DNA of 15,081 nucleotides from Promethearchaeota archaeon (GTDB taxonomy: Archaea > Asgardarchaeota > Thorarchaeia > Thorarchaeales > Thorarchaeaceae). Shown in pieces: positions 5,976-13,708 of this stretch. Positions within the stretch are counted from its first letter, which is position 1, and every line of letters starts with the position of its first letter. The position numbers were made by a program, and so were the translations under genes. The stretch lies in the NCBI GenBank assembly GCA_027031765.1, contig JALVPN010000081.1, positions 1-15,081 on the forward strand. Reading direction: 5' to 3'. The notes beneath the pieces were generated by a model, which saw nothing but the letters and a program-made list of their open reading frames with translations, ran no database searches and was not told the origin of the DNA.

Positions 5976-7601
5976 CTACGTACTGAGGACCGCCTGCAAC
6001 ACTCTCTTGAATGGGCCTGCGGACTCGTCGTCCAGTTGCCCTTCGTTCAACGACCTCACAAGGCGTGTTGCTGACTCCTCATTGAACTCCAGGACCACGA
6101 GCGAGTCGCCGAGCTCCCTGCACATGGCCTCGAACTTTGTACCCTTGGTCCCTCTGGGCACAGCGAGCACCGCGAGACTCACCAGTCCCTCGTCTAGTGC
6201 TTTCTTGAGCCGCTTGGCTGAGTAGAACGCTGCAACCCCACCACTGCGGTTCCAGTCCTTCACATTGGGGACATCAATGCCGAGCATCTTCTCTACACCG
6301 TCCTTCTCAACCCTGAGAACAGCAGCGCTCTGCTTCTGTGTCCCCCCAGTCGCCATCACGAGGCCAATTTCAGCACCCATCCCGGCTGCTACGTGGGACA
6401 GCGCCTGTTCTATGGCACTCATGACTACGGTCGCAGTGAGCTTGATCACGTAGTCCTCCTGGGGGGCTGGTTCTTCGGCCCGCTCGTAGAGTATGGCCTC
6501 CAGCCTTGGGATTATGAAACGTATGGCCTCCCGGGGCACGCCGCGTGAGTGTTCGAAAGCTGCATCAATATCCTCGTCCGTAAGTGGGAACAGGGGGTCT
6601 GGCGGTGGGGCGACGTTCTGCGAGCGCCAGTAGGCGAGCATGGACTCCCTGACGAAGGCTGCGATGTCCTCGCATGTGAAGTGCCGGAGCTCCACCGGCG
6701 CCTCCATCCGGGAGCGCATTGGCGCATCAGCAATGGCGTATATGCGCTTCCATATCTCCTTGAGGCTGCTCGCCACAATGACCACATTCTTGCACTCATT
6801 GTAGAGCCTCTTGAGGACCTCAAAGAAGTGACGTTCGCCCTCCTCGCCGTAGGTATTGTACGGCCCTTCCATCTCGTCAACGAACAGTACTAGGGTGCGC
6901 TCTGAACCCTCGCTCAGCAGCTTGATAGTGGCAAGGGTCACATCGTCGTCCTCAAGGACCGTCCGAACGCCGAGACGAGACGTCTCCTCGTCACTGAGGG
7001 CGTCTCCAAGGAGCCACCGACGGGCAAGGTCCCTCGTGGCAGGGTCAAGACGGTACCTGAGCAGTGCCTTGACGACATCTGCCGATATGCCGGGGTATTC
7101 CACCAGCAGCCGTTCCATAGCGTATGTGTAGTCGTATATCTCATGGGTGACCCCCTTCAGTCCCCCGAACTTTGTTATCAGCATGTCCACGGTCTCTTCG
7201 AAGAGCTGGTCACCGGCCTCGTCCACGATGCAGGCGTGAAAGTGCAGCGGCACCCGTACTGGTGCCGGCGGGGAGGGCACGTACACCGCAAGGAACTGTC
7301 CCTTCGAAAAGAGGTCCTCCTGGCCCTTGATTACCCAGAACAGGTGCGTCTTGCCCATCCCGGCATCACCCAGTACGGGCTGCAGTCTGGGCGTGCCGTC
7401 ACTCATCGTGAAACGGATGGCACGGAATATCGCACGGTCCGCGTCTTGGTGGGGGCCCGGGATGTCAACATCGTCCGGCGTGTCGCCACGCGACACGTAT
7501 CGCTTCAGCGGGGGGTCTTCCCGCATTATCTCAAGATACATCTCCCTGTCGAACTGCTCAGCAGCGTGCACGTCATGCCCGGTCATCGGCAGTATCTCCA
7601 C
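5976..7601 (-). CDS. P-loop AAA+-type ATPase, BrxD/DUF2791-like, with an unassigned C-terminal alpha/beta domain
   Basis: Walker A GDAGMGKT, Walker B LVLFVDEME, and candidate Arg finger (MRSRME). The ARRWLLGD..SDEE..RLGV...DDD segment recalls BrxD-like proteins. GTG start at 7601; ATG at 7586 is a plausible alternative with GGTGGAG upstream. Confidence 0.8.
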   Translation of the reverse strand: MEILPMTGHDVHAAEQFDREMYLEIMREDPPLKRYVSRGDTPDDVDIPGPHQDADRAIFRAIRFTMSDGTPRLQPVLGDAGMGKTHLFWVIKGQEDLFSKGQFLAVYVPSPPAPVRVPLHFHACIVDEAGDQLFEETVDMLITKFGGLKGVTHEIYDYTYAMERLLVEYPGISADVVKALLRYRLDPATRDLARRWLLGDALSDEETSRLGVRTVLEDDDVTLATIKLLSEGSERTLVLFVDEMEGPYNTYGEEGERHFFEVLKRLYNECKNVVIVASSLKEIWKRIYAIADAPMRSRMEAPVELRHFTCEDIAAFVRESMLAYWRSQNVAPPPDPLFPLTDEDIDAAFEHSRGVPREAIRFIIPRLEAILYERAEEPAPQEDYVIKLTATVVMSAIEQALSHVAAGMGAEIGLVMATGGTQKQSAAVLRVEKDGVEKMLGIDVPNVKDWNRSGGVAAFYSAKRLKKALDEGLVSLAVLAVPRGTKGTKFEAMCRELGDSLVVLEFNEESATRLVRSLNEGQLDDESAGPFKRVLQAVLST

Positions 7602-7901
7602 CTGTGTCGAGGGCCAGCTCCGTTATGAATCTTTGCGGACGAGGGCTGCTACCCGCCATATGTAGTACGGCACCACCGTGCTGCCGCATCAGGAGCGCGC
7701 ATGGGCGGAGGACTGGCGGGGCACACTTGCATACCGCGACACTGATGTGTGCTCACGTCGTTCCCGGCAGTAGGCCTGTCTGTGTCCCATGTCCCATCCC
7801 ACAGCCGGGCCCACCAGCCGCCCGCGTAGGCACCGGTGACGCTACTAGGAAGATTCTTCTTGGACGCCGCAGACTGTTGGACAACAGCGGAGTGTCGGAA
7901 C

Positions 7902-8594
7902 ATGGTTAATGACACGTTGCTCGTCGTCTGGTCAATCGGCCTGCTGGTACTAGGTGTGCTGGCTACGGTGTTGTTCGTTGCTGGCTCCCCGGTGGCAGCT
8001 GTGTTCCTTGGCCTTACTGTGGTGTGGGTGATCATCGGCATATACTTCCTGTGGTATCGTGAGCGTGGTGGGGCAGCCCAAGCTGCGCCGCGGGCCACGG
8101 CAGCGGGCGTTCCGTCAGCTGACACCATTCCCGAGAGCCCAGCGTCCGGTGACACAACCGAAGTGTACGTCCCCGAAGTCGTGAAGCCGCGCGCTTTCCT
8201 GAGCGAGCTGCCAGTAGAGACCATCGAGGGCATAGGCACGGCCTATGGCATGGAACTCCGTAATGCGGGTATCGTCACCGTTGATGACCTGCTGGCTGCC
8301 GAGCCGGAACGCGTTGCAGAGATATGTGGTGTGAGCGTCAAGATGGCGGAGCGTTGGATCTCTATGAGCCGCTTCACCTGGATGGAGGAGGTCTCCGAGG
8401 AGGATGCCGAGGCCCTCGTTGCAGTGGGCATGACCGAACTCAAGGAGCTGGCCGCTGCTGACCCCTACGACCTCTTCGACCGAATCCGTGGTGCTGTTGA
8501 CAGAGGCGAAGTCCAAGTCCCAGAAGGCTACGAGATTTCTGTTGAGGCGGTGCAGAAGTGGATTGAGGCGGCGAAAGACCTGACCTCAGAGTGA
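7902..8594 (+). CDS. Membrane-anchored helix-hairpin-helix protein (DUF4332/HHH_5-like)
   Basis: Start taken at MVNDTLLVV; the track extends to 7836. Two TM segments, an Ala/Pro/Thr linker, then tandem HhH-like units (VETIEGIGTAYGMELRNAGIVTVDDLL; EEVSEEDAEALVAVGMTELKELAAADP). Confidence 0.82.
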   Translation: MVNDTLLVVWSIGLLVLGVLATVLFVAGSPVAAVFLGLTVVWVIIGIYFLWYRERGGAAQAAPRATAAGVPSADTIPESPASGDTTEVYVPEVVKPRAFLSELPVETIEGIGTAYGMELRNAGIVTVDDLLAAEPERVAEICGVSVKMAERWISMSRFTWMEEVSEEDAEALVAVGMTELKELAAADPYDLFDRIRGAVDRGEVQVPEGYEISVEAVQKWIEAAKDLTSE

Positions 8595-8924
8595 CCCCAG
8601 ACGTGACGGGTCACGGTCAGCGCTGCGGACATCCGCGCCGCGTGGCACGGCCTCAGTGTACTGTGTAGTGCGTGCACCGGACTGGCTGCTTGTCCAGCAC
8701 AGTCAGCATGCCTGATGGGCAGCCGCAGCCTGTCCACAGCTCAGTTGCGGTCACCGGCCCCGAGGACATGGCATGTCAGACCGGTCCGTCTGCAGGAGGT
8801 CCGTGCAGGTACTGCACACCCTGCAATCTGGTGTTGTCGCGTGTCGGTCTACCGCTCACCTATAGTGGACATGTCCGATGAGGAGGTCTTTCCTGACATT
8901 TCTCGACTCCGTGTCGTGCCAACG

Positions 8925-8931
8925 TATATTA
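8925..8931 (+). promoter_or_regulatory. Putative TATA box (TATATTA) for the 8964 gene
   Basis: 33-39 bp upstream of ATG 8964, similar spacing to other promoters in the window. Confidence 0.45.
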
Positions 8932-8963
8932 CATCTCGTGCCCAGTGCTGCAAGTGATGGGAG

Positions 8964-9701
8964 ATGTCGACATCCGATGCGAGGATTCTGCTGGTCGACC
9001 GCGGCCGACGCGTAATTGAAGTGTTGATGAAAGGGGTGAAGGTGTCCTTCCCGTTGAACCCCATTCCCGAGCAGCTCTACCAGCAGCTCACAGCGCTGGC
9101 CGATGGCCCGGGCACCCCACATGAAATTGTCCACCGACTCTGGCGCAGCTCCGTGTCCAAGCCGACTACTTCAACGGTGGACGAGATGCGTCCGTTCAAG
9201 GTCAACTCAGTACTGAAAGTGGCTTGTCTGACGCTCTTGGACAGCGAGATTGAGCAGTGCATCGATGACCTGGAGTCCCGTCTGCTGGGCCTTCAAGGCC
9301 GGAGATTCGAGGCGACACTCGAAGAGCGGCTGCAGCTCTACCGTGAGCTGCACTTCGACGACGGTCGGATTGACCGCTTCCGCCTTGGTGTTGTTGAGAT
9401 GGTGGGTGAAGCGACATTTGAGAACATCCGACACGACCCCCGGGTGACCCTCCTGTTCAACTGGTATGACGAGTCCTTGAGCCACTACATGAGCTGTCAG
9501 GTGAATGTCATTGCTGAGATTGTTGGCAGACGCGACCCGTTCTACAGGTACATGAGGGTCGTGAGAACGCTCTTTGCACGCAGGTTCATTGAGACGCGTC
9601 ACCCGGAGTACGTCTGCGCCTACAAGCTGTGGGTCGCTGAGGCCCTTGACAAGACCCTCGTCCAACGCGACATGTTCTACTCCCCCACGTTGCAGCCCTA
9701 G
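8964..9701 (+). CDS. Pyridoxamine 5'-phosphate oxidase-like (FMN split-barrel) family protein, probable
   Basis: The segment RLGVVEMVGEATFENIRHDPRVTLLF...SCQVNVIAEIV...DPFYRY resembles the N.R.DPRVTLLF core of split-barrel FMN-binding proteins. Assigned from recalled motif similarity, not a search. Confidence 0.6.
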   Translation: MSTSDARILLVDRGRRVIEVLMKGVKVSFPLNPIPEQLYQQLTALADGPGTPHEIVHRLWRSSVSKPTTSTVDEMRPFKVNSVLKVACLTLLDSEIEQCIDDLESRLLGLQGRRFEATLEERLQLYRELHFDDGRIDRFRLGVVEMVGEATFENIRHDPRVTLLFNWYDESLSHYMSCQVNVIAEIVGRRDPFYRYMRVVRTLFARRFIETRHPEYVCAYKLWVAEALDKTLVQRDMFYSPTLQP

Positions 9702-9960
9702 GGCAAACGGTCGTACGAGACCGGCCGCTCCGAGACCGTGACATGGGGTGCTTCTGCGCTGCCACGTCCCAAAGGCAACACTGCGCCAGCAAGGTGCTGG
9801 TACGAGGGAGTGGACACCAGTGCTCGGAGGGCCCCGGTCGTGTCGAGCGCCCCTGCAACGGGCCTAGTACACAGTCACGGCCACCTCCAAACGTGTCTGC
9901 GCAGGGACCTGCGCTGATGGTGTGTGCCCGTGTACGGCTGGCACTGGGACTTGCCAAGCC

Positions 9961-9966
9961 TTAAAT
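9961..9966 (+). promoter_or_regulatory. Putative TATA box (TTAAAT) for the GT-C gene
   Basis: 27-32 bp upstream of in-frame ATG 9993, supporting that start over 9924. Confidence 0.5.
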
Positions 9967-9992
9967 CCAGAGCGACCCGTCTTCGGCCTGCC

Positions 9993-11567
9993 ATGACCAC
10001 CGACTGGGAACGGATCAGTATGCCCGCCATGAGGCACATAGTCTTCCTCGCAGTGTCCGCAGCCACGGCCATCGCCTCTGTGACCCACTACCTCCTCGTC
10101 GAGGTCACGTGGACCGTGCCAGGCCTTGCCCTTGACGACTCGTGGATACACCTCCAGTACGCACGCACGGTCTACGGGGGACACCCATGGGAATACTCGC
10201 CGGGCTATCCATCGACCGGTTCTACGAGCCCGCTGTGGTCACTCCTTCTCTCGGTCCTGTTCCTGTTCACACGTGACCCCACGGGTCTTGTAGCAGGGGT
10301 GTATGTGCTTGCAGCAGTCCTGTATGTGGTCTGTGCATACCTGGTGGCACTCTGTGTGTGGCAGCTCACGGAAAGCATGACCGCTTCCATACTGGCACCC
10401 GTGGCTTTCGTTACCATACCCAAGAACACGTGGCTGATGCTATCTGGCATGGAGACCCCGTTGTTCATGTGCCTGCTGTTACTCGCACTGTACCTGTTTG
10501 GCAGGGACGTTTCCCGGTCGATGGGCGGGGCAACAGTGCTCGGCATTGTCATGGGACTCACCTTCCTCGCCCGTCCGGAGGGCATCCTGCTCGTACTCGT
10601 CTGCTGTCCGCTGTACGGCCTCATGTCACTCAGGCAGGGGCAGCCACTACTACGCACTGTGCTCAGCTTGCTGCTCGTGTGTTGCAGCGCACTTGCAACC
10701 GTGCTCCCCTGGGTCCTCCACTGCCTCTCTGTGACTGGCAGGCCGCTGCCTGCGACATTCTATGCCAAGTCCCACCCTGTGTTGCCGTTCGAAGTCGCGG
10801 TCTGGAACTTCTGGTGGTTCGTGTTCCTAGTGGAGATGCCGTTCCTCTCTGTTGGCATGGTGCTCGGTGCTATCACACTGGTACGTGGTCGACCCTACGT
10901 GTGGTGGATGGCCAGCTGGATGACAGTGGTCTACCGGCTCCTCTTCCCATATATCTCCCTCATCAACAACACCCGCTATCTTGTACCTGTGTTCGGGCTG
11001 TACCTGGTCTGCGCAGTGACCGGTAGTGCCCTAGTGGCACGGAGGGCGGTGGCATGGGTCCTTGGTCATGCCAGCATTGGTAGTCCGGGCTTCGTGGCCA
11101 GACACAGGGCCATCACGTGCCTCATCATTGTTGGGGTCATCATTGTGCCCAGCACCCCACTCTACATGACACAGGCCGACTACTATGGCAACTCCGTGAA
11201 GAACGTCAACGACATGCAGGTGACAATCGGGCGCTGGCTGGCCATGAACACCCCACCGGATGCGGTGCTAGCCGTACACGATGCCGGGGCACTGAGGTTC
11301 TTCTCCAACCGGACAGTGATTGATGTGGCGGGCCTTGTGACTCCCGACATGGTGTTCCTCAACCTGACTGTGCGGCAACGACTGGAGTACGTCCGTGACC
11401 ACGGTTGTGAGTACTTTGTCTTCTTCAACGAACTAATGGGGCCGTACATGCCATTCATTGGCAGGGCCGTGACAGTGTTGTACACCGTGCACCTCGATGA
11501 CAATGTCATCTGTGGGCGTGACACGATGAGCGTCTACTTTGTCAACTGGTCCGTTGTGGTACTGTAG
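9993..11567 (+). CDS. Multi-pass membrane protein, GT-C-fold glycosyltransferase-like (ArnT/PMT superfamily)
   Basis: Acidic DD motif in the first external loop (LDDSWIHLQYA...STGSTSPLW), roughly 10-12 hydrophobic segments, RPEG motif, and a soluble C-terminal domain (TPPDAVLAVHDAGALRFFSNRTVIDVAGLVTP). Confidence 0.78.
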   Translation: MTTDWERISMPAMRHIVFLAVSAATAIASVTHYLLVEVTWTVPGLALDDSWIHLQYARTVYGGHPWEYSPGYPSTGSTSPLWSLLLSVLFLFTRDPTGLVAGVYVLAAVLYVVCAYLVALCVWQLTESMTASILAPVAFVTIPKNTWLMLSGMETPLFMCLLLLALYLFGRDVSRSMGGATVLGIVMGLTFLARPEGILLVLVCCPLYGLMSLRQGQPLLRTVLSLLLVCCSALATVLPWVLHCLSVTGRPLPATFYAKSHPVLPFEVAVWNFWWFVFLVEMPFLSVGMVLGAITLVRGRPYVWWMASWMTVVYRLLFPYISLINNTRYLVPVFGLYLVCAVTGSALVARRAVAWVLGHASIGSPGFVARHRAITCLIIVGVIIVPSTPLYMTQADYYGNSVKNVNDMQVTIGRWLAMNTPPDAVLAVHDAGALRFFSNRTVIDVAGLVTPDMVFLNLTVRQRLEYVRDHGCEYFVFFNELMGPYMPFIGRAVTVLYTVHLDDNVICGRDTMSVYFVNWSVVVL

Positions 11568-11673
11568 TCACGTTGCAGGGGGACAGCCCACATCCTGCTG
11601 ACCACTGGGACACATTGGCCGGGCGGGCCTTGGCGGACCGTGCTGATGGCCATCGTCTGCTGGATTGGTCAAC

Positions 11674-11687
11674 GAAGGCTATAAATA
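11674..11687 (+). promoter_or_regulatory. Strong archaeal promoter: purine-rich BRE-like GAAGG followed by TATAAATA
   Basis: Near-consensus TATA box at 11680-11687 upstream of the PLP enzyme gene. Confidence 0.7.
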
Positions 11688-11759
11688 CGGACACCCGCGA
11701 CGCGGCGTAGTGTAGACACTGATAGAACCCGAGACAGTGTCGACACGAAGGTGAAGAGA

Positions 11760-12947
11760 TTGAGAGACCCGATAGGCTGGATGAGAGAAGAGTACCAGAA
11801 GCTGGTGGAGCAGAACCTCGACTGGAAGCTCCGCGAGCTCCAGGGCCCCAGCACACCGAGGGCGCGGGTGGACGGGAAAGAGGTGATCATGCTCTGCAGC
11901 AACAACTACCTCAACTTGACGAACCACCCACACCTCAAGGAGGCTGCAATAAAGGCCATCGAGACACACGGTGTAGGTTCCGGTTCCGTACGTGCCATTG
12001 CCGGTACGATGGATCTGCACCTTGAGTTGGAGAGGCGGCTCGCCAAGTTCAAGGGCGCTGAGGCATCACTGACCTACAGTGCAGGCTTCACCGCTAACGA
12101 GGGCCTCATCCCGCAGCTGGTCGACAAGGGTGATGCCATCATCTCTGACGAGCTCAACCATGGTAGCATCATTGACGGCGTGCGGCTGACAAAGGCCACC
12201 CGCTACATCTACGACCACTGTGACATGGCGAGTCTGGAACGCGTGCTCAACGAGGCCGAGAAGGAGAACCCCCGCCGGATCCTTATCATCACCGACGGTG
12301 TCTTCAGTATGGACGGCGACATCACGCCGCTCGACGGGATTGTGAAGCTCGGCAAGGAGCACGGTGCAATGATATACGTGGACGATGCCCACGGTGAGGC
12401 TGTCCTCGGCGAGGGTGGCCGTGGCATCGTGTCCCACTTCAAGCTCACCCACGACGACGTGCACTTCGAGATGGGCACCTTCTCAAAGGCATTTGGTGTC
12501 ATGGGCGGCCATGTGTCAGGGAGCCGGGACATGGTCAACTACGCGTACAACAAGAGCCGGTCGTGGCTCCTCAGTGCGTCCCACCCGCCGGCCACCGCAG
12601 CAGCCTGCATTGCCGCCATCGACGTCCTTGAGAACGAACCGGAGCACGTGGAGCGGCTGTGGGAGAACCGTGAGTACTTCGTCAAGGGCCTCCAGCAGAT
12701 GGGCTTTGACATCGGCAACAGCCAGACCCCAATCGTGCCCGCTATGTGCGGTGAGAGTGCAAAGGCTGTGGCCCTCAGCGAGGGCCTATACGAGGAGGGA
12801 ATCCTTGCACTGCCAATCGTGTACCCGATGGTCGCACGTGACAAGGCACGGATCCGCAACATGATGAACTCCGGACTCACGAAGGAGGACCTGGACACGG
12901 CCCTCGAGGCCTACGAACGGATTGGCCGCAAGCTCGGCATCATCTAG
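11760..12947 (+). CDS. kbl: PLP-dependent alpha-oxoamine synthase, Kbl (glycine C-acetyltransferase)/AONS family
   Basis: CSNNYLNL, DELNHGSIIDG, TDGVFSMDG, VDDAHG, PLP-lysine motif GTFSKAFG, and SHPP as in Bacillus-type Kbl. TTG at 11760 is preferred because AGGTGA (11749-11754) sits 5 nt upstream; the track uses GTG 11751. Kbl versus BioF cannot be settled by eye. Confidence 0.85.
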   Translation: MRDPIGWMREEYQKLVEQNLDWKLRELQGPSTPRARVDGKEVIMLCSNNYLNLTNHPHLKEAAIKAIETHGVGSGSVRAIAGTMDLHLELERRLAKFKGAEASLTYSAGFTANEGLIPQLVDKGDAIISDELNHGSIIDGVRLTKATRYIYDHCDMASLERVLNEAEKENPRRILIITDGVFSMDGDITPLDGIVKLGKEHGAMIYVDDAHGEAVLGEGGRGIVSHFKLTHDDVHFEMGTFSKAFGVMGGHVSGSRDMVNYAYNKSRSWLLSASHPPATAAACIAAIDVLENEPEHVERLWENREYFVKGLQQMGFDIGNSQTPIVPAMCGESAKAVALSEGLYEEGILALPIVYPMVARDKARIRNMMNSGLTKEDLDTALEAYERIGRKLGII

Positions 12948-13255
12948 TCCAGGCCCAGTAGTATACCGTACTGTTTCAGGCTGGACTGCACCGGGGCCTG
13001 CAACAGGGCCCCGCGCCGTCCTCCCGTACCAGGCGTCGTGAGCCGACTCATGCCGGAGACTTCGGTCCCTCTCATTTCTCACATCCGCTACCGACCTCAT
13101 CGGGCCCCAGCATCGTCGTCCGTCCTGTGATGCCCATGACTCTACTGACTGCCTCTTTTCCCTACGTACTGTGTGGTGCGTGAGGTACTCGCCGTGCCGT
13201 GGTGCGGCGGGGCACATCGGCACTATGGCCGGGACCACGACACAGACGCCTACCC

Positions 13256-13260
13256 TTAAG
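13256..13260 (+). promoter_or_regulatory. Putative TATA-like box (TTAAG) for the small 13285 gene
   Basis: 25-29 bp upstream of ATG 13285. Confidence 0.4.
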
Positions 13261-13284
13261 TGCACACATGACGAGTAAGGACAC

Positions 13285-13521
13285 ATGTCAGAGTTCGAAC
13301 GCGACATCGGACTGCATGACATCCTCATCGAGTCTGCGAGACAACAGGTCAGACTCCGGTTCTGCGGCCCCTCTATGAGCATTCTTGCAGAGGGGTTCGT
13401 GGCGTTTGTGGGAAGCGACATCGTGGCAATCACTCACAAGAAGGGCGGCGAGCCACAGGAGTACGTCGTCAAGAGCCGCATCGTAAAGGTGCAGCGGCTC
13501 GAGGAGTACCAGCACTTCTAG
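13285..13521 (+). CDS. Small hypothetical protein (78 aa), possible Sm/Lsm-like beta-barrel
   Basis: N-terminal helix, then alternating beta-strand pattern (VRLRF...AEGFVAFVGSDIVAIT...EYVVKSRIVKVQ) that parallels Sm1/Sm2 spacing. The fold call is inference. Confidence 0.6.
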   Translation: MSEFERDIGLHDILIESARQQVRLRFCGPSMSILAEGFVAFVGSDIVAITHKKGGEPQEYVVKSRIVKVQRLEEYQHF

Positions 13522-13596
13522 TCGGGACGGACTGCTGGTCCGCATGTACGTGAGAGCGTGGCATCTGTCGTCCACGAAGACTAGGTGTGGTCATAA

Positions 13597-13656
13597 CAGT
13601 CAGTCAGCCGGTCGGTCGGTCGGTCGGTCAGTCAGTCAGTCAGTTGGTCGGTCAGG
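13597..13656. repeat. Compound tetranucleotide array, 15 units of C[A/G]GT consensus
   Basis: CAGT CAGT CAGC (CGGT)x5 (CAGT)x4 TGGT CGGT CAGG, in the spacer between convergent genes. Confidence 0.95.
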
Positions 13657-13708
13657 GCAGTCGCCGGGTGGCCGGCAGCCCGTCGGTCGTGACCAGCTAC
13701 ACGGACTC

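Noticed and set aside
1-7601. Complete BREX or restriction-modification system formed by the MTase, nuclease-like protein and ATPase
   Set aside because: The genes are not contiguous, are interrupted by sec11 and an Fe-S gene, the MTase is not PglX-like in the visible part, and no PglZ or BrxC-like gene is seen. Kept only as separate hypotheses.
8871-8966. In-frame upstream ATG and TGA (MSDEEV...AQCCK*WEM) before the PNPOx-like gene, suggesting selenocysteine read-through
   Set aside because: A TATA-like box (8925-8931) lies inside this stretch at the usual distance from ATG 8964. The TGA is not in a recognisable redox motif, and I see no SECIS-like element. An alignment showing Cys at that position in homologues would reopen it.
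11601-11611. TGACCACTGGG matches the reverse complement of 15003-15013 at the terminal inverted repeat
   Set aside because: An 11-bp match between some part of a 30-bp arm and 15 kb of GC-rich sequence is within chance; no flanking similarity.
12066-13433. Long antisense or alternative-frame ORFs over kbl and the following spacer (also 1444-2103, 3797-4336, 4639-5241, 7649-8239, 10358-11026)
   Set aside because: They overlap well-supported genes or spacers, lack motifs, and are expected in high-GC sequence with few stop codons.
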